Shown: positions 23,064 through 37,600 of the stretch, piece after piece
Numbering within the stretch: the first letter of the stretch is position 1
How the letters are laid out: every line of letters begins with the position of its first letter
NCBI GenBank assembly: GCA_009914755.4
Contig: CP086569.2
Location: 11,680,001 to 11,744,000 of the forward strand
Source of the DNA: the human T2T-CHM13v2.0 reference genome, Homo sapiens
Length of the DNA stretch: 64,000 bases
Reading direction: 5' to 3'
Notes under the pieces: model-generated
Told to the model about the DNA's origin: nothing
The model's database searches: none
What the model saw: the letters and a program-made list of their open reading frames with translations, nothing else
Made by a program: the position numbers and the translations under genes

Positions 23064-26000
23064 TAGAAGGCCGGCACAGCTTGGCATTGCTGGAGTCTGA
23101 TGTGATAGGAAATGTGCAGCCAAAGACAAAAAAAGATGTAAGTAGGCTTGACTCATTGCAGCTAAGAACCCAGATGTTACCTTGAGGGTATTAACTTATA
23201 AGCAGTTTAAATCAGAATTGCACATTCTGATTTGTTTTTTGTATGTTCACATTTGGCAGGCATAGATACGTTTGAAGAGAGAAAAGTCAGAAGATAGAGG
23301 TAACAAACTTAATTATGTGCCAAGTCTAGAAACAAGAGACCAGGGGGATAAGGACCTTTCAAAATAAAATGCAAGATTTGAAAACTGATTGTCTGGGGGA
23401 TGAGGAAAAGTCAGCTCTTTAAGGTCAATCCTTGTTTTGCTTTAAGTTGTTAGGGGGTGGTTTTATCACATATTGTAGAATATGTCATTTCAGTTTTGAA
23501 CATCTTGAGTTAAATTGTCCTAACATATCTTATGAATTTGATTTTCTTCCCTGGGAAGCTAATATTTCAAAATCTTAAGGAGGATAGATTTCCAACTGAT
23601 ATCCAATTTATAAAACTATCTCTAGGCTGCTGATTTTAGGAGGAAGCTCATGAATATTCTCTTTGCAGAGAATATATCAGGAGTTAACAACAGCTTCAAT
23701 ATTTGTGGACGACCAGTTAACTAAGCCACCTCTTAGTGTATTTAGATGGGAAATCTTAGCCGAAGATATTCAATAATGAACCAACAGTGACTAAAATTTC
23801 AATATTGAAGTATATTTCATTGTAATTAATTTGAATTGAAGAAGCCTATACAGCTAGTATTTACTACATTGAAGAATGCAAATAAGAGGAAAAAATTAAT
23901 AACCATCTCTAATACCACATGCCAAAATCCTCATCAATTTATTCTAGCTAAAGGAGTTGATCAGAAGCAGCAGTTGAAAGCACCAACTAAACCAGCTGGG
24001 GTTAGTTCACTGTCATTCTCTCAGAACCATCTCTTCTCTGAACAAAACAAGTACAAAATTTCATTGTGAATCTGCATTCTCCTTGCCTATTTTAAGGTTT
24101 TGATGTTGACACTAATTTGTGAAATCCCTCCTGTGGTGTGATATTTCGTTTTCCTTGCTTTCTGTTAGGACAAGAATGCTTCAGCTCTTAATTTAAAATT
24201 ATGTTTCTCCCTCCTAGGTTGAGTGAACTTAGAATGCATTCTCTGACATATCCAAGTTTTTGTTAATATGAATTTGGGGAAAAAAGCATACTTAAGTAGC
24301 TAAGAGTTCTTATTCTAGGCTTGACCCTATGATTGACATCTTTTGAATTTCTAGTTGCATGGGCTGCTCTCTGACACTGGTTAGTGACCTGGAAGCTATA
24401 TTAATGTTAGGGGAGGTGGTGTATGAGCATTAGAGGTATCCTTGCAAGGAAAGACTTGTCTTATCTCAATACGTCTTTTTTTGCACACAAGAAAGTCAGT
24501 CTGAGTCATCTAAAATCTTCCTATTTCCAAGTTGCAGAGTACCATTGATTCCTAAACAAAGATCTAATTTTTGACTCAGAGACGTGACAAGGTAGTGAAT
24601 CACCATTATAATTTAACAATCTTCAAGATAAAATTATCTCTCTGATATTTAGATTTTGCCCAATTATTAAGATATTTCGGTGTTTCGCTAAGAATAGAAG
24701 ATTCTAGTCTCTTGAGCAGAGACTATAAAGGCCTCAGATGATCATTTTTAATTTTATGCTCTTTTCTTTAACACCTTCAACACAGTTGGAAGCAGCTAAT
24801 ATTCCCCAGAGTTGTTGTGTTTTTTAATGCAAATGCATGGTTCAGTGGTAGAAAACTGGGCTGATCCAAGCTGTTTTCAGTAAACACTTCATTTCAGGTG
24901 ACCTATTTCATATTAAATAATCTCTAGATCCTGTCTTCCAAACTAACTAGATCAGATAACCTGCCCTGGATTTTCTCCTTTTAGGGTCTGTGAGCTGCAG
25001 TCACTTTTGTGAAAATGATTGCAATGACAAGATAAAGTTGCAGATGGGGAAAATGTTTTGACTAATTTAAGCATAGTGGTATTTCATATGAGAATTTAAG
25101 TTACACACATGTGAAAATTATAATGGAGTCTATTGGCTGAACTTTAAAAAAATAGCGTTTATGCTAAAAAGGGAACTGCTGCCTCTCCTAAAATCAGAAA
25201 GTTGTTAACAGTAATTCTCCATTCTCTAGAATTATCAAGAAGCACCTTTGTGATGATTTACTTTTGCTCTTGGGAGTGTGAGCCCGTGTAGCCGTGGAAC
25301 CATCAATTAGAACGGTGGCTTTCTGATCCCAAAGTCATTCGTCCTGAAAACAATATTTTTCATAATTTTGAAAGTGAGAAGTTTTGAGCTTACCATTCCC
25401 AAGTAACTCTCTTAATAAGAGGTTTCAGCATGCTTCAGTGACAGCTGTCACCTTCCAGTGCTGAGAGTCATCTTTGAGTTCTCCATTTCACTCCCTACAC
25501 TCCAATTTAGCTGCAGTTCTCTTGGCCAGTCCTATGAAATACATCCATGGCCTAACGACTTCTCACCACTACTACCACTCATCCTGACAGCATTCTCACC
25601 TAAGTCATTACCTTTTTTCTCTGGATTAGAGTAACCTCCCAATTTATTTGCTCACATAACCTGTTTATTCTACACAGTGCACGAGATACACCCCTTTGAA
25701 ATGCAAACCCAATCATGTTATTCTCTGGTGAAATTATCTCATATATTCCTATCACATTTAAAATTAATTCAGAATAATCCCATGATTATCAAAACCGTAC
25801 ATGCTCTTCCACAACATGGTTTACTTCCAAGATGTCTCTTCAACTTTTTTTTCACTGTACTGAATAGGTGACTAATAGTCATATTTTTGTTTTTGCTCAA
25901 AAAGTCTTGACTTGTAAATTTTTCAGTTTCTCCTTTATCCACAGGTAACTCCTTCCTCATCAGGCGAATTGCTTGCTTACTTGAGTTCTGCTCTCAAAGA

Positions 26001-26559
26001 TACCCTTCATTTTCTACCTAATATTAATAACTTTAATCATTCATTATTCCATTACTATGCTCTATAGTGTATACAATTTCTGTTCTTTGTCATGTTATTA
26101 ACTAAATTATTTATTTGGTCCAGTAACGTATTCCATAAATACTGTACACATAAAAATTATGTTATTTTTATTGCTGTATGTTCAGCTGCCCAATAACAGT
26201 CTGAAGATTAACATATTTGTTAAATGCACAAATACATTCATTCACAAATATCAGTTTAATAATTTTATATTAAACTCCCTCTATAATTACAATATGAATT
26301 AGATAATTCAGAATAAATATTCCATTGGAAAAAACTAAACAATTTGTTATAAAACATCCTTAAAAGCATCAGAAATTTAATACAGCAATGAAGAATTACA
26401 GGACCAAATTTAGAATGGTATGGAAGCCTGTTTGTGAGGCTTATGTTTGGGTTATCTCTTTACTTAGAGTGACTATAAATCTCAAAAGAGAACTAAAGGG
26501 AGAAATAACCATATCAACTCACATGGTAAGGGTATTTAAACATCTCTTAGTAATTGAGA

Positions 26560-26700
26560 TAATTGAAAGAAAAGAGAAAGCGAGAAGGAGAAACAGAGCA
26601 AAAGGGATAATGAAGGAGAGAGAAGAAGAGAAAGGAAGAGAAAGAAAAGTAAAAAGGAGGAGGAGGGGGAGGGAGGAAGAAAGAAAGGTGAAAAGAAAGA
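26560..26700. repeat. polypurine (GA-rich) low-complexity tract
   Basis: gaaagaaaagagaaagcgagaaggagaaacagag...ggaggaggagggggagggaggaagaaagaaagg; it produces the K/R/E-rich artefact ORF 26388..26744. Confidence 0.85.
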
Positions 26701-27949
26701 ATGCTAAAGTTTTCAACAACATAATTTATCCTTTTAGAATATGAATGTTGGTCTATTTGATAATGTCCCACAGATTCATTAGTCTCTGCTCATTTTTTAT
26801 CTGTTTCTCAGAGTCAATGTTTTCCATTTTCTTATCTTCAAGCTCACGTTTTCTTCTGTGTGTGCAAATATACTCTTAAATCCCTCTGGTGATTTTAAAA
26901 TTTTTATCGTTGTAGTTTTCCGCTCCAGAATTTCCGTTATTTCTGTTGATATTCCTACTTTTTAATATTTTTTTCTGATTGCTTGATTTCTTTGTTTATG
27001 TTTTCCTTTTTACATTTGAGTATAATTAAGAGAGTTGTTTTAAAGTATTTGTCTAGTAAGTTTAATGTCTGGGTTTCCTTATATATATTCTCTGTCAATT
27101 TGTTTTGTTCCTTTGAATGAGCCATACTTTCCCGTTCTTTGTATGCCTTGTACCTTTTTTTTGAAAACTGGACATTATAATAATTATAATTACTATGTGG
27201 TTACTCTGTAAATCAGAACCCCCCCCTACAAACACAGTAATGTTTTGTGGTTTTAAATTTTCTTTACTTATTATATGGTTAAGGATTTTTTTTTAGTGAA
27301 ATTTTCCAAAGTGATTTACAAAACAGTTTGCTTTATAAGGTGTGGTCACCAAAGTTTTTTTGCTTCCTTAACAAATGTTAAGCTAATGTTTTGGCAGTGA
27401 CTTTCTTGTATGTCAGGAACTAAGCAAACAGGGAAATACAACAAAAACAAAGAAAAACAAGTAGTCATTACCCAGCAAAATATATCTCTAGGCCATGCAG
27501 ACTGGCTTTGTCCTGGGTTCTTTAAAGCCGCCACAAAGTGTGTGTTCACTCTTGCACTGAGTGAAGTTCAAGTTGACTCTTGCACAGAGCTTGCACTGAG
27601 GGGAGGTATCAACCAAGGTAAAAGTGTAGGGTCTTCTTATGACATTTGTCAGCATGTGGCTTAACCTATGCATACATGTGACTTTCTAGACTCTCCCATG
27701 TACGTGAATGATTTTTAATGTCTTAATTTTCCAAATACTCTTCTCCAACTTTTCTTCCTGTGCTGAAGGTGATCTACTATATGTGTAAACTCTAATTTAT
27801 ACCCTAAGCATCCATGGTTTGTTAGGTCTCCTTTCAGAGTTTCTTAAAAATGTCCATTCCTTATGTGTTCCTTATTCTAGCAACACAGAAAAAAACAGCC
27901 TTTCATGAGTCCTTTAGATATCCCCCAGACCTGTCTGAACAGACACTTG

Positions 27950-30900
27950 AGTCCATTCGATGATTCCACTCGATTCTATTTGATGATGATTGGATTCGAT
28001 TTCATTATATGATTGCATTCAATTCCATTGGATGATTCCATTCGATTAAATTAGATGATGATTCCATTTGATTCCATTCAATGATTCCATTCGATGATTC
28101 ATTTCGATTCCATTCGATGATTGAATTCGATTCCATTCGATGATTATTCCGTTCGATTCCATTCGATGATTCCATTTGATGCCATGCAATGTTTCCATTT
28201 GATTCCATTACATGATTCCATTCAATCATGATTCCATATGATTCCATTCGATGATTCCATTCGATTCCATTCTAAGATTTCATTCAATTCCATTCAATGA
28301 TTGTTCCATTCAATTATTTTCGATGATTCCGTTCGATTCTATTCAATGATGACTCCATTCGATTCTGTGCGATGATGATTGCGTTTGATTCCATTCGATG
28401 ATTCTTTTCGATTTCATTGGATGATGATTCCATTTGATGATTCCATTTGATTCCATTCGATGACGGTTCCATTTGATTCAATTTGATTTGTTCCATTAGA
28501 TTCCATTCGATGTTTCCTTTTGATACCATTTGATGATGATTCCATTTGATTCCATGTGATGATGATTCCATTCGATGCCATGCAATGATGATTCCATTCG
28601 ATTTAATTCCATGATTCCATTTGATGGTGATTCCATTCGATTCCATTGGATGACTCCATTTGATTCCATTGGATGATGATTCCATTCGATTCCATTCGAT
28701 GATTCCATTCGATTACATTGGATTATTCTGTTCAATGATGACGCCATTCGATTCCATTCGATGATTCCATTTGATTCCATTCGATGATTCCATTTGATTA
28801 TTATTCCATTCAATTCCATTGGATGATTCCATTCGATTCCAGTCAATGATTCCATTCAATTCCATTCGATGATGATTCCAGTAGAGTTCATTCGATGATT
28901 ACATTCGATTCCATTTGATGATTCCATTTGATTCCATTCAATGATGATTCCATTCGATTCCATTGGATGATAATTCCATTCTATGATGATTCCATTTGAT
29001 TCAATTCGATGATGATTCCATTCGATTCCATTCGATGATTCCATTCAATTCCATTCGATGATGATTCCATTTGATTCAAATCGATGATGATTCCATTCGT
29101 TTCCTTTCGAAGGTTCCATTCAATTCCATTCGATGATGATTCCACTTGATTCCATTCAATGATGATTCCATTTGACACCATTGGATGTCTCCATTCGATT
29201 CTATTTGATGATGATTCCATTCGATTCCATTCATTTATTCCATTTGATTCCATTTTATGATTCCATTTGATTCCATTCAATGATTCCATTCAATTACATG
29301 GGATGATACCATCCGATGATTCCATTCTATTCCATTCGATGATTCCATTTGATGATTATTCCATTCAATTCCATTTGATGATTCCATTTCCTTCCATGTG
29401 ATGATGTTTCCATTCGATTCTATTCCATGATTCCTTTCGATTCCATTCGAAGATGATTCCATTCAATTCAATTCGAAGATTCCATTCAATTCCAATATAT
29501 GTTTATTCCATTAGATTCATTTTGATGATTCCATTCGATTCCATTCGTTGATGCTTCCTTTTGATTCCATTCAATGATGATTGCATTTGATTCCATTCAA
29601 TGATTCCGTTCGATTCCATTCTATTATGATTCCATTTGATTCCATTCGATTATTGTATTCGATTATGTTCTATGATTCCATTCGCTTCCATTCAATGATG
29701 ATTCCATTTGATTCCATTCAATGATTCCATTTGATTCCATTCAGTGATGATTCCACTCGATTCCATTCGATGACTCCATTCGATTCCATTCGATGTTTAT
29801 TCCATTCGATTCCTTTTGATGATTCCATTCAATTCCATTCAATGATGATTCCATTTGATTCCATTCGATGATGATTCCATTCCATTCCTTTTGATGATTT
29901 TTATCAATTTCATTCAATCATGATTCCATTCAATGATTCAATTCAATTCCATTTGATGATGATTCCGTTAGGTTCCATTTGATTTATTCCATTAGATTCC
30001 ATTTGATGATTTGTTTCAATACCATTCAATGATGATTCCATTAGATTATTCCATTCAATTCCATGCGATAATGATTCTACTCAATTCCATTCAATGACTC
30101 CATTAGATTGCATTAGATGATGATTGCATTAATTCCATTTGATGATTCCATTAGATTCCATTCAATGATGATTCTATTTGATTCCATTTGATAATTCATT
30201 TCGATTCCCTTCGATGATGATTCCATTTGATTTCATTTGATGAATTCATTCGATTAAATTCGAGGATTCCATTCGATTCCATTCGATGATTATTCCATTC
30301 AATTCCATACTATTATGATTCCATTCAATGATGATTCCATTTGATTACATTCAATGATTCCATTTTATTCCATACGATGATGATTCCATTCGATTCCATT
30401 TCATGATTCTATTCGATTCCATTTGATAATAATTCCATTCAATTCCATTTGATGATACCTTTCAATTCCATTCTAGGATTTCATTTGATTCCATTTGATG
30501 ATTATTCCATTTGATTCCTTTCGAAGTTTCTATTCGATTCCACTCAATGATGATTCCATTTGATTCCATTCAATGATGATTGCATTCAATTCCATTCGAT
30601 GATTCTTTTCGATTTCATTCAATGATGATTCCATTCAATGATTCTATTTGATTCCATTCGAATATGATTCCATTCGATTCCATTCAATTTATTCCATTCG
30701 ATTCCATTTGATGGTTCCTTTTGATACTATTCAATGATGATTCCTTTCGATTCCATGTGATGATGATTCCTTTCGATTCTATGTGATGATGATTCCATTC
30801 GATTCCATTTGATGATTCCATTTGATTCCATGTGATGATGACTCAATTCGGTTCCATTGGACAATTCCATTTGATTCCATTCGATGATGATTCCATTCGA

Positions 30901-31670
30901 TGATTCCATTCAATTTCATTCAATGATTCCATTGGATGATTCCATTCCATTCCATTGGATGATTCCATTTGATGATGACACCATTCAATTCTGTTTGATG
31001 ATTCCATTCGATGATTTTAAATTTGATTCCATTGGATGATACCATTTGTAAACATTCGATGATGATTCCATTCAATTCCATTCGTTGATTCCATTTGATT
31101 ACATTCGATTATGATTCCATTCGATTCCTTTTGATGATTCCATTTGATTCTATTCAATGATTCCATTCGATTCCATTCGATGATGATTCCATTCGATTCC
31201 ATTCGATTTATTCCATTTGATTCCATTCGATGATTCCTTTTGATACCATTCAATGATGATTCCATTCGATTCCATGTGATGATGATTCCTTTCGATTCTA
31301 TGTGATGATGATTCCATTCGATTTCATTTGATGATTCCATTTGATTCCATGTGATGATGACTCAATTCGGTTCTATTGGACGACTCCATTTGATGATGAT
31401 TCCATTCGATGATTCCATTCAATTTCATTCAATGATTCCATTTGATGATTCCATTCCATTCCATTGGATGATTCCATTCGATGATGATACCATTCAATTC
31501 TGTTTGATGATTCCATATGATTCCATTTGATGATTCCATTCGATGATTTTAAATTCGATTCCATTGGATGATACCATTTGTATCCATTCGATGATGATTC
31601 CATTCAATTCCATTCGTTGATTCCATTTGATTACATTCGATTATGATTCCATTCGATTCCTTTTGATGAT
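27950..31670 (-). repeat. pentameric satellite, HSATII-like variant (ATTCC-strand on plus; frequent CATTCGATGATGATTCC units)
   Basis: Continuous attccattcgatgattccattcgattccattcaatgatgattcc...; abrupt start after unique sequence at about 27950. Confidence 0.85.
30650..31668 (-). repeat. tandem duplication of a ~510 bp satellite segment (30650-31160 approximately equals 31165-31668, high identity)
   Basis: Shared long strings, e.g. ccatgtgatgatgattcctttcgattctatgtgatgatgattccattcgat..catttgatgattccatttgattccatgtgatgatgactcaattcggtt and gattttaaat..cgattccattggatgataccatttgta..cattcgatgatgattccattcaattccattcgttgattccatttgattacattcgattatgattccattcgattccttttgatgatt, in both copies. Confidence 0.8.
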
Positions 31671-34600
31671 TGATGGAATGGCGACGAATGGAATATAACC
31701 GAATGGAATGGCATCGAATGAAATGGAATGGAACGAAATTTAATGGACTCGAATGGAATGGACTGGAATAAAAGGGAATCGAACGGACTGGAATGGAACG
31801 GAACAGAATAGAATGGAACCGAATTGAATGGAATGGAGCCGAATGGAATGGAACCGAATGGAATGGAATTGAATGGTTTGAAAAAGAATAGAATGGAATG
31901 GAGTGTAATGGAAAGATATTGAATTCTATGGGATGGAGTGGAATGGACTCGAATGGAAAGGAGTGTAATGGAATGGAATCAAATGTAATGGACTGGAGTG
32001 GATTGGACACGAGAGGAATGGAAACGAATGGAAAGGAAGAGCATGGAATTGAAAGAAATAGAGTGGAATGGAATCAGATGGTATGGAATGGAATGGAATG
32101 GTGATGAATGGAAATGAATCAAAAGCAATTGAATCGAATGGCATGGAAAGGAAAAGAATGGAATGGAATGGAATGAAATGGAATGGAATATACTTGAATG
32201 GAATAGAACAGAATGTAATGGCAAAGAATGGAATGGAATGGAATAGAATGAAATGGAATGCATTGGACCCAAATGTAATGGACTCGAGTGGAATGGAATG
32301 AAATTGAATGGACCCGAAAGGAATGGTCTCTAATGGAATTTATTCAAATAGAATTGAATCGAATGGAATGCATTATTAGGGAATGGAATCGAATGGAATG
32401 GAATCAAATGGAATTGACTGAAACCAAATGTACGTAAATAGAATGGACTCGAATGTATTGGATTGAAAAGTAATTGATTTGAATGGAAGGGAATCAAAAG
32501 TAATGTAATCAAAAGGAATGGAATGTCATGAAAAAGAATGGAATAGATTGGTATGCAATACAGTGGAACGGAGTGGAATCGACTGGAATGGAATTCCATG
32601 GAATGTAATCGAATGGAACGGAATCAAATGAAATGGACTGGAAAGGAATGGACTCGAATAGAATGAACTGGAACACAATGGAATCGACCAGATTGGAATG
32701 GAATGGAATAGAATGTACTCAAATGGCATTGAGTCGAATGAAATGGAACCAAATGGAATGGAAACGAATGTAACAGAATTGAATGGAATTGTAAAGAATA
32801 CAATGGAATGGAGTGTAATTCAAAGATATTGAATGTAATGGAATGGAATGAAACGTACTTGAATGAAATACATTCGAATGGAATGAATTGGAATTCAATG
32901 GACTCTAGTGGAATGGACTGGAATGGAATGGACTTGAATGGAAGGGACCACAGTGGAGTGGATCGAAAGGAAGGGAAACGAATGGAATGGAATGGAATAG
33001 AATGGAATGGCATCGGATTTAATGGTATCGAATGGAATGCAATTGAACAGAATCGAATCGAATGGAATGACATCAAATGGAATGGAATGGAATGGGATGG
33101 AATGGGATCGAATGGAATGGACTCGAATGGAATAGAATCAAAAGGATTGGCATGGAATGGAATGGAACTGAATGGAAAGGAATGGACCCAAATGGAATGG
33201 ACTCGAATGGAATGGACTCAAATAGAAAGGAATCGAAAAGAATGGTCTCTAACGGAATTTATTCAATAGAATGGAATCGAATGGAATGCAATAGCATGGA
33301 ATGGAATTGAAAGATATGGAAGAAAATGGATAGGAATGGAATGGACTGGACTGGACTAGAAGGGAATCGAATGTAATGGATTGCAAAGTAATTGATTCGA
33401 ATGGATTAGAATAAAATGGAATGTAATAAAACGGGAGGGAATGGAATGCAACGGATTGGAAAAGAATGGAATGCAATAAAATGGAAATGTGTGAAATCGA
33501 GTGGAATAGATTTGAATGGAATGGAGTCAAATGGAATGGAATCAAATGGAATGGACTGGAATGGAATGGACTACAATGGAATGAACTGGAACAAAATGGA
33601 ATGGAATGGATTGGAATCGAAAGGAAAGATAAGGAACGGAATGGAATGGACTCAAATGGAATTGACTCGAATGGAATGGAACCAAATGGAATGAAATTGA
33701 ATGGAATGGAAATGAATGGATTCGAAAGGAATAGAATGAAATGGAGTCTAAAGGAAAGATGCCAAATGGAAAGGAATGGAATGGAATGTAGTTGAATGGA
33801 ATGGAGTGGAATGGAATGGACTCGAATGGAATGGACTGGAGTGGAATGGACTCGAATGGAATGGAAAAGAACTGAATGGCATGGAATGGTAAGGAAAGTA
33901 ATGGAATGTTAAGTAAGAGTATGGAATGGAATCATATGGAATGGAATGAAATGGAAAGGAATGGAATGGAGTCGAATGGAATAGAATCCACAGGAATGTC
34001 TCCAAATGCAATGGAATGGAATGGAATGGAAAGAAGTCGAATGGAATGGAGTATAATGGAATGGAATGGAATGGACCCAAATGTAATGTACTCACATAGA
34101 ATGGACACACATGGAGTAAACTTGAAAGGAATTACCTTGAATGGAATTTATTCGAATAGAATGGAATCGAAAATAAAGCAATAATATGGAAGGGAATCGA
34201 ATGGAATGTAGTCGAATGGAATGGACCAGAATGGAATGGATTGGAATAGAATGGCTCGAATGTAATGGACAGCAATGTATTAGATTCGAATGGAATGGAT
34301 TCAAATGGCATCGAATAGAATGGAATATAATTAAACGGAATGGAATGGAATACATTGGAATGGAATAGAATGGAATGGAATCTAGTGGAATGGAATCAAA
34401 TGGAATGGAATTGACTGGAATGGAGTGGAATGAAATGGGCTCGAATGGATTGGACGGAAACAAAATGAAATAGAACAGATTGGAATTGAATGGAAACGAA
34501 TGGAATTGAATGGAATGGACTCGAATGGAATGGTGTCGAATGGATGGAATCAAATGGAATGGACTGGAAAGGAATGGACTCCAATGGAATGGACTGGAGT

Positions 34601-37600
34601 GGAATGGACTGAAATGGAATGGAATGGAATGTAAAGGAATGGAATGGAATGGAATGGAATGGAATGGAATGGAATGGAATGGAATTGATTAGAATGGAAT
34701 GGAATCAGATGGAACGGAATGGAATGAAAAGGAGTTGAATGGAATGGCATCAAATTCAATGGAATGGAAGGGAATCAAATTGAATGGAAATGAATGGAAT
34801 GCAAGGGTATGGAATGGAAAGGAATACAATGGAATTGAAATGGATGGAACGCATTTGAAAGGAATTGAGTCGAATGCAATATAATCGAATGGAATGGCAT
34901 CGAATGGAATTTAATGGAATGCAATGGAATGGACTCGAAAGGAAAGGATTTGAATGGAGTGGAATCGAATGTAATGGACTGGAGTGGAATGGACTCGAAT
35001 GAAATGGAAACGAATCGAATCGAAGGGAATGGAAAAAAAAAGGAATAGAATGGAATGGAATTGTATGTAGCAGAATGGAATGGAATGGAGTTGAAGAGAA
35101 TAAATTGGAATGGAATGGCACTTCGAATGGAATGGAATGAACTCTGATGGAATTGACTCGAATGGATTAAAAAGAATGGAATGCCATCGAATGAAATGGA
35201 ATGGAATTGAATGAAATGGACAGAAATATAATGGACCCAAATGTGATGGACTCGAATGGAATGGACTCAAATAGATTGGGATCGAAAAGAATGGCCTCGA
35301 ATGGAAATTATTCGAATAGAATGGAATTGAAAGGAATGGAATAGTATGGAATGGAATAGAATGGAATGGAATCAAACGGAATGGAACGTAATGGAACAGA
35401 TTGTAATAGAAAGTGCTCGAATGTAATGGATTTCAAAGCAATTGATTGGAATTGAGTGGAATAGAATGGAATGTAATCAAATGAAATGGAATGGAATGCC
35501 ATGGAATGAAATAGAATGGAATGCAATGGATTTAAATAGAAAGAAATGCAATGGAATGGAAAGGAGTGCAATCGAGTAGAATGGAATCAAATGGAATGGA
35601 ATCGAATGTAATGGACTGGAACGGAAAGGACTCCAATTGAATGCACTGCAAAAAATGCAAACGAATGGATAGGTATTGAACGGACAAGAATGGAATGGAA
35701 CTGAAAGGAATGGACTCGACTGGAATGGAGTGGAATGGAATGGAATCGAATAGAAAGGACTGGAATTGAATGGAAACTAATTGAAAGGAAATCAATGGAA
35801 TGGAAAGAATGAAATACAATGGAAAGGAATGCAATACAATGGAACAGAATGGAATGAAAAGGTATAGAATGGAATGCAATCATGTGGAATGGAATAGAAT
35901 GGAATGGAATGGACTCCAAGGGAATGGACTCAAATGGAATAGAATGGAAAGGAAGGGCATGGAATGGAATTTAAAGGAATGGAATAGAATGCAGTGCACC
36001 GAAATGTAAGGGAATCAAAAGGAAGTTACTCAAATGGAATTTATTCGAACAGAATGGAATCAAATGGAATGCAACAGTATGGAATGGCATCAAATAGATT
36101 GGAATCGAACACAGAGGACTGGAGTGGAATGGACTGGAATAGAACGGACCAGAATGCAATGAATTGCAATGTAATCGATTTGAATGGAAAGGAATCGAAT
36201 GGAATGTATTCAAATGGAATGGAATGGAATGCAATGGAATGGAATAGAATGGAATACAATGGAATGGAATGGAGAGGAAACGAGTGGAATGGAATGGAAT
36301 GGAATGGAATGGAACGGAATGGAATCTATTGGAATTGATTGAATTGGAATGGACTGGAAAAAAATGGAATTGAAATGATTGGAATCAAGCGGAATGGAAT
36401 GGAATGGAATGGAATGCAATGGAATGGAAAGGAATGGAATGGAATGGAACAGAATGGAACGGCCTAGAATGGATTGCACTGAAATGGAATGGACTGGAAC
36501 AAAATGAAATCGAACGGATTGGAATCGGGCAGAATTATATGGAATGGAAGGGAAGGGAATTGACTCGAACAGAATGTAGTCGAATGGAATGGAATCGAAT
36601 AGAATGGAATTGAATGGAATCGAAATGAATAGAATTAAATTGACTGTAATGGAAAGATATCGAATGGAAGGGAATGGAAAGGACTCGAATGGAATGGACT
36701 GGAATGGAATGGATTCAAAGGGAATGTAGTGGAATGGAATGCAGTAGAATGTAATGGAAAGGAATGGAATGGAATGGAAAGGAACGGAAAGGAATAGAAT
36801 GGAATGGAATCAGATGCAACAGAATGAGATGGAATAGATTCAAATGAAATGGACTCCAATGGAATAGAATAGAATGGAATGGCATCGAATAGTATGGCAT
36901 GAAAGGGAGTGTAGTGGAAAGATATCAAATAGAATGGAATGGACTCGAATAGAATCGACTGGATTGGAATTTACTCGAATGGAATGGAATAGATTGCAAG
37001 GGACTCGAATGGAATGGAAACGAATGGAATGGAATGGAATGGAATGGAAAGGAATAGAATGGAATGGAATCAGATGGAACGGAACAGAATTTAATGGAGT
37101 CAAATCGAATAGAATCGAATGGAATGAAACGGAATGGACTCGAATGAAATGGACTAGAATGGAAAGGAATCTAATGGAATGGCATGGAATGGAATAGAAT
37201 TTAAAGGAATAGACTGGAATGGAATCGGATGGAATGGAACGAAATTTAATGGAGCCAAATGTAATAGAATCCAACAGAATGGCAATGAATGAATGAAATG
37301 GAATGGACTCGAATGAAACGGACTAGAATGGAATATAATCGAATGGAATTCCATGGAATGGAATGGAATGGACCAAAATATAATACACTCGAATGGAATC
37401 AACTCAAATATAATGGAAACGAAAGGAATGGTCTCGAATGGAATTTATTTGAATTTAATGAAATCTAATGGAATGCAACAGTATGGAATGGTATTCAATG
37501 GAAAGGAATCGAATGGAATGTACTGGTATGGAATGGAGTGAAATGGAATGGACTCGAATGTAATGCATTGCAAAGTAATTGATTTGAATGGAATGGAATC

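Noticed and set aside
22851-23185. Four overlapping ORFs (62-101 aa) rich in Ala/Gly/Pro/Lys
   Set aside because: All map onto the 23-bp GC-rich minisatellite; the repeat units create stop-free frames
16000-27900. Search for exons, CpG islands or conserved-looking coding segments in the unique 12 kb before the satellite
   Set aside because: No CpG-rich stretch other than the minisatellite, and no ORF with splice context or protein-like composition. The ORFs listed there (for example 20096..20464, 21214..21736, 22086..22328) have low-complexity or unremarkable translations
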